Assembly: GCA_004431415.1 (NCBI GenBank)
Contig: QPMI01000238.1
Coordinates: 1-49,848, forward strand
Length of the DNA stretch: 49,848 bases
Direction: 5' to 3'
Source of the DNA: Cyanophora paradoxa CCMP329
Taxonomy: Eukaryota; Plantae; Glaucophyta
A program made the translations under genes and the position numbers. Under the pieces are notes generated by a model that was not told where the DNA came from, ran no database searches, and saw only the letters and a program-made list of their open reading frames with translations. Below, one piece after another: positions 44,379 through 49,848 of this stretch (its first letter is position 1; every line of letters starts with the position of its first letter).

Positions 44379-44862
44379 GCTAGGCCCCAGACGTCGACGC
44401 AGGGCGCCGGCGTGCACAACTCGTGGGAATTATATTGCAGACAGAAACCCGCTCTGCCGCAGGGATTGACGGATCGAGGGGGCGAGCTACATGGAAAGAG
44501 AAAGAGAGCTTGATGGGCCAACTGGCAAGCTGCAGCCAAGCTTCGCGATCGAGGCTTGCAATTGTGGGCGAGAAATGAAATGTAGGGGGTAAGAGCTTTA
44601 AAAAAGCGACTATATATATACGTATACGGTTCTGCCGCAGTGCATGCCGATACGAATATATATATATATCAATAAAGTACGTATATATATATACGCATAC
44701 GTATACTAGTCCTGCAGACTTATATACTAGTCCTGCCGACTTACGCATGACCTTTAAATATTTGCGGGAAGATTCGAATATGTGATTGCGCATTTATACC
44801 TAGGGGATGAAATAGAGGGCTCTCTCAAAAAAGGGCAGAATATAATGTCAAGCTGCAGTTAG

Positions 44863-47800
44863 TTATGGATGCCTAGAAGCCAACGGAAGATGCCCTGAAG
44901 GGCCATGGCGGCATTGGAGCGGCAGGTTGGCTTGAATCGAGTGCCAGGCCACGTGATAGCTGAAGGGGAAAAAAGGAAGGTGCGCGTAGCGAGGGAAGCG
45001 GGGGGTACCGGTGCAGGGGTACGTAAGCAGGGTCCTCAGGGGCCGCCGGAGGTGCGGGGGCGCTTGGACGCCCCGTCGGCGTCCTCTTCCCCCGGGGGGG
45101 GCAGCTCGCTGGCGGCTCGGCGGCGCGCCGCGGCTGCCGCCCCCTCCTCCGCCCCGGCCCCCGACTCGGCGCCCGGCGGGCGCGCGGCGACTCGGCGCCA
45201 GGGGCGGGCCGGGGCCGAGGTCGAGGGGGCGGGGGCGGGGAGGGGGCTTGGGGGGCGGCGGCGGGGAGGGGGCGGGGCCGGCGGGGGGTGCGGAGGCGCG
45301 GTGGAGGACGCCGCGGGGCGCGGTGGCGAAGGCGGCCGAGAGGCCAGAGAAAGGGCAGGCGGGGTTGGGCGGCTGCCCGGCCTGGGGCATTACCCAGCGG
45401 GGCGGGTGCAGGAGCGGGGCCGGGGCCTCGGGGAGGTACGGCGAGTGGGGTTCGGGCTCCAGGCGGGGCGAGCGGGTGGGGGTGGGCGGAGACGTGCCCG
45501 GCGCGGTCGGCCGGTCCCTCAGCGACGCAGCAGCCATCGCGATCTCGACCTGCGCCCGGCCCCGTCGGCGGGCGAAGCGGATGGGGGCACGCGGCTCTCG
45601 CCTCGGCGATCTCGGCGTGCATCGTGAAGAAGCGGTCCATTCGCGTACCCTGCCGAGCTCGTCAGGGGGGTACGGGTGGGGCCGTGCGCGAGGCGGGTAC
45701 GGGCGCGCCTCGTGGGAGTCCTCGCTCCCCGAAGCCCCGGGGTCCGAGGAGGCCGCGTCGGAGCCGTTGAGGATGGCGTGTACCCCGGGGAGGGCGCCCC
45801 CGCGGGCGGCCTCGGAGGCGGCGGCCAGCAGGCGGCGGCAGATCCGAAGCGCGAGGAAGTGCATCACGCGCTCCGCCACGTAGCGCGAGGCTGCGCGGGC
45901 GCGCGCGCGCTCGGCTCGGAGGGGAAACGGGAGGTCGAGGGGGAGGGGGTACGCACTGCGGCCGGCGAGGAAGGAGGTGAGGTGCCGGACGAGCCACCAG
46001 GGCTTGAAGAGCCAGAAGATGAGGACGCGGGATCCGCCCCCCCCCGGGCAGGGGCACGCCAGGACCAGCTTGACGTCGCTCTCAGAGAGCGATTCCGGGA
46101 GGCAGTAGGGTTTCCGGTCCATCGCGGCCCCCGCGGGGCCCGGCCCGGCGCCGTTGCCGTTGCCGGCGGCGGGGACGCCCGGGGGGCTCCCCGCCTCAAC
46201 GCGGAAGTGGAGCCAGGCGCCGGCGAGGGCGGCGGCGGCGGGGGCGGCGGCCGGGAGGCGGCCGGAGAGGGCGACGTTTCCCCTCAGGTAGCGCTCGGTC
46301 GCTGTGGCGATGCGGAAGAACTTGTTCGCCAAGCCCTGAGGAGATTTCGAGGTGAAAAGGCAGCGGGGGGCACCAGGCGTGCCCGCCGAAGCGGGCGGTG
46401 TCCCCTCTAGCTGGCCGTCCCGGAGAACGCGCGGCGGCGGGCGGGCGGGGGGACGGGCGGGCAGTGAGAGGGGCCGGCGGCGCGCGGAGAGCGCGCGGCG
46501 GCGGGCGGGCAGTGAGAGGGGCCGCGGCTCGCGTTCCCGCTTTCTCCCCTTTCCCATCCTTCTTACAGCGCGCTCAACGGGGGGGGACGTCGTCCGGAAG
46601 CTAGGGCGATCCCCCGCGCCGCGCCACCGCCCCAGCTGTGCGCTCCGGCGCACCACTTCGTCGGTGGCGAACTCGAGGGACTCGCCGGGGGCCAGCGCCG
46701 CGTGCTCCACGACCGACGCCGCCGTCGCCCGCTGGAACTACGCGCGTGCGCCGCGAAGCGTGAGCGTGCGCGGAGGCAGCGGCGCGACCTCCGCTGGCGG
46801 CGCGGCCTCACCGGCGCCTCCCACCTGCGCGCGCGCGAGGGTTCAGGCCAAGCTCTGGCGGCGTAAGGGGAAAGGAGGGGAGGGGGGGTACGCGCGTCCG
46901 GCGGAGCTCGGGGAGCGTGAAGAAGGCGCAGACGGCCTCGGGGGAGACGACGGGTACGCAGAAGGCGACGGACGCCGCCTCTACGCGGCGGCCTCGCCAC
47001 GACGCGGACAGCAGCTCGCAGCGTACCCCGTCCTCCGTCCGCACCTGCGGGGGGTACGACTCATTCCATCTGTTTCAACCCCTCTTCTTCTTCTCCTTCT
47101 CCTTCTTCTTTTTCTTCTTCTTTTCCTTGGGGGGGCGGACCTGGAGGAAGGGGGCCGGGGCGGTCTCGAAGAGGTGCGCGGCGAGGTCGGTCGCCTCGTC
47201 GGCGGCGCGCGCGGCGGCCGAGCGCTCGAACGACATTCGCCGGCGCCGCTGCTGGAACCTGAGGGTACGCCGATTCGACCTCGACCCCCCCTCGGGCGGG
47301 GGGGGGGGGGGGAGCGGGCGGGGCCTACCGATCGGCGAGGGTGGCGCCCCGGGGGTGCCCCGGGCCCGGGGGCGGCGACGGGGCCTCCTCCCGCGACTCC
47401 AGCGACGCTGCAGCCAGCGCGACCTGGGTACAGGAGTCGGGGAGGGCCGGGGAGCCGGGCCGGGAGGGGTACGGGCGCGCCTCGAGCTCCCGGGACTCCG
47501 CTTCGGTGTCCATTAGCGCCGCGAAGCGCTGCACCTGAGGCCGGGGCGGGCCGTGTTTAGGGAAGGGGGGGGGATTTAAGGGGGGTAGGGGCGGCGCACG
47601 GCGGAGGCGCGGGCCTCGGGGTCCTCGGCCTCGTGCGCGGACGAGACGGAGGAGGAGGAGGAAGGGGGGCCGCCCCCGCCGCTCCCGTTCGCCGAGGGCC
47701 GCCGCAGGAGGTCGCTCACGGGGGGAGGAGGCCGCCCCGCCCCCGCCGCCCCCGCCACCCCCGCCGGGCCGCCCTGGAGGGCCGGGGCCGGGGCCGGTGC

Positions 47801-48940
47801 CGGCGGCTGGGGCCGCCGCGCGAGCAGGACGCCCAGCAGCTTGAGGGCGCCCAGGCGGAAGAATTTCAAAGGGACATAGCGGCTCGCTGCCGCCGGATGA
47901 GGAGAGCAAGCGGAGGGGGGTACGAGAGGGGACGGCCCGCCCGCGCGCACTGTTCGTGAGGAAAAAGAGGCGCCAGACCTTGGACAGGAACGTCTCGCGG
48001 GGGGCCTGCCCGGCGCAAGTCAGGAAAGGTACCCGGGGGGATTCGGACCCGGGGCGCGCACGAAGAAGAGGTAGGCGCGGGACCCGGTGCCGTGGGGAAT
48101 AACCAGTACCCCCCCGGGGTCGGTGTCGAGGAGGTCCTGCGGGAGGGAGTACCCCGCCGCCCCGGGTACGCATGGGATGCGGAAGTGGAGCCAGGCGCCG
48201 GCGCGGGCCTCGCCGGCGGCGGGCCCGAGCTGGACCGAGCCGCGCAGCACCCTCCGCTCCTGCCGTACGATCCGCAGCAGCGGCGCGAGGCCTGCGCCCC
48301 GGCTCGCCGCCGGCGTTCCGGCCGGGACGGGAGGGGCGCGGCGTGTGGCGGCGGCGCACCCATCTCCTCCGTGACGAAAGCGACATCGTAGTGCGGGCGC
48401 GGGGCGCTGGCGGGGAGTTCCAGCGGCTCTGTCCCAATGACCCGCTGCAGCTGCGCTTTTGCTGTCAGCGCGCGCTGCGATCGGGGCAGCGCGGCGCCGC
48501 CGGCGCCCGGCGACGCGCGTGCGGGGATCCGGACGCACCCAGAACTCCCATCTGCACGAGCGAGCGTGAGATCGAGGGGCGGGCGGCGAGGGGCGCGGGG
48601 CGCGCACTGCTTCCTCAGCTCCTGCCTCGTGTGGTAGGAGCAGACCTCTTGCGGGCTCGCGGTGGGAGCGTGGAAGGCGGCCACGAGGACCTCCGGATTG
48701 GACCCGCGCCACGGGACGCGCACCCAGTCTATGAGAACGTGGTCCTGGACGCCCACCTGCAGGAAGCTTGCTCTGCGCGCGCGGAGAAGTGAGCCGGCGC
48801 AGAGACGCGTCGAGTGCCCGCAGCGGGCGTCGAGCGCACGGAAGCGCCTCGTGCAACGCGGTTCCGAACTCGATGACTCGCTCGACTGACCGCACAGCGA
48901 CCGCCCGGTCGAAGGATAGGCGCCTTCGCAGGTTCTCCAT
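44863..48940 (-). CDS. Host hypothetical protein(s) built from two tandem copies of an unrecognised domain
   Basis: ATG 48940; paired motifs RRRLSFDRAVA / RRRMSFERSAA and AGAWLHFRI / AGAWLHFRV; 3' end uncertain. Confidence 0.55.
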
Positions 48941-49848
48941 GTCCTCAGAACGAGGCCGTCGTCGCGATGAGCGGTCGCGCTCGCAATTCCATGCCCATTG
49001 CTGGCGCAGTTGCGGCTGCTAAGCGATGCGGGCCCGCCCCGAGCTGTTCATCCTTCGCAGCGTGCTGGGAAACTCATTTCGCGCTTGCGGGCCGCGAGCC
49101 TTGACGCACTCGAACAATAGATCGGCGGGCTAGTTCGGGTCGATCGAGTGCGCAGCTTGTTGGGGGTTTCGCAGCTGCACCGCCGCATGCATATGCAGCT
49201 GCACCGATCGATATCGCGTGTGCGGCGGTATGCGACGAACGCGGAGCCCCAGGCGTCCAGGGCCGGCTCGGTGGCTCCGAAGTCCGGACTCCGGAGCCGC
49301 GCTGCCGCAGTGCCGGGTACGTGTATATAACTCACGTGCAATCTCTGTTTAGATCATTCTAAACCCAAGTCTTGATGTCCATCATTACAGCTTATCTTTG
49401 AATTGATAGTTGCTGGCGCTTACTGGCAAAGTTACTGCATGTGCACGTGCGGCTAACTAAGTTCCACAGCTTAACAAGGCGACGTCGACCGGCACCGCGG
49501 CGCCCGAGTTCCCGACCGTCGGACCGGCCGCGGAAAGCTATAAGGCGGGCCTGGCGGCCGGTCCCCGCCGCGGCGCGGCCGGGCCCCCGCCAGCCCCCCG
49601 GGCCGGCGTCCCGGCCTGCATGCGCAGCTGGGCCTGAGCTGGCTCATGACGAAAACGACGAAGCCGTGCCGGCGGGCCCGGCCGCGGGTCAGCCGCTCGC
49701 GATCGGGCTCCCCCCAGCTGCTCGCTACGCTCTCAGACTCAGAGTCCGGATCCGGCACTGCGTCTAGATCTGCAACGGCACTAGACGGGCCATGCCATCT
49801 ATAGCTAGACGGGGTGGGCGGCCGCGTGGGGGATCTGCCGGACCCTCG

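Noticed and set aside
44600-44760. TA-rich tract with a short direct repeat (TATACTAGTCCTGCmGACTTA x2)
   Set aside because: Ordinary low-complexity intergenic DNA between convergent genes.
14400-49848. Many long Arg/Pro/Gly/Ala-rich ORFs (e.g. 37302..39653, 30446..31765, 39745..41121)
   Set aside because: Expected from stop-codon scarcity in GC-rich DNA; they are off-frame or antisense to spliced genes.

Overview
The window has two compartments. Positions 1 to about 11.7 kb are AT-rich (roughly 40% GC by eye), intron-less DNA: an endogenous Polinton-like virus (PLV) whose left end lies outside the window. It encodes a frameshift-riddled N-terminal half of a protein-primed family-B DNA polymerase (vOTU-like Cys/His motifs, Zn finger, EndoVII-like insert) that the ORF track misses. 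It also encodes a Prim-Pol/SF3 (D5-like) primase-helicase, an A32-type packaging ATPase, a double jelly-roll major capsid protein, two head-to-head penton-like proteins and several small ORFs. Its non-coding DNA is highly structured: (i) three copies of an origin-like cassette (3x TGTGACGCC, a 49-bp AT-rich core, 3x GGCGTCACA), one directly downstream of the helicase gene and two inverted copies near the right end; (ii) a CAAAAA(T/A)TGAC motif resembling the giant-virus early promoter upstream of four non-structural genes; (iii) a subterminal tandem array. Just beyond the element lies a perfect 28-bp hairpin whose loop holds three GCGAAGC mini-hairpins. From about 12.1 kb to the end is GC-rich (roughly 70% by eye) eukaryotic host DNA with many short introns, some GC-AG. 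Host genes: a TPR/GT41 O-GlcNAc-transferase-like gene, an EF-hand protein, a GT2-like glycosyltransferase, a Myb/C2H2 protein, a membrane nucleotidyl cyclase with inverted catalytic-domain order, a plastid-targeted TPR protein with an MAF-type transit peptide (suggesting a glaucophyte-like alga) and several hypotheticals. All family assignments come from motif recognition by eye, not database searches, and host gene boundaries are approximate.
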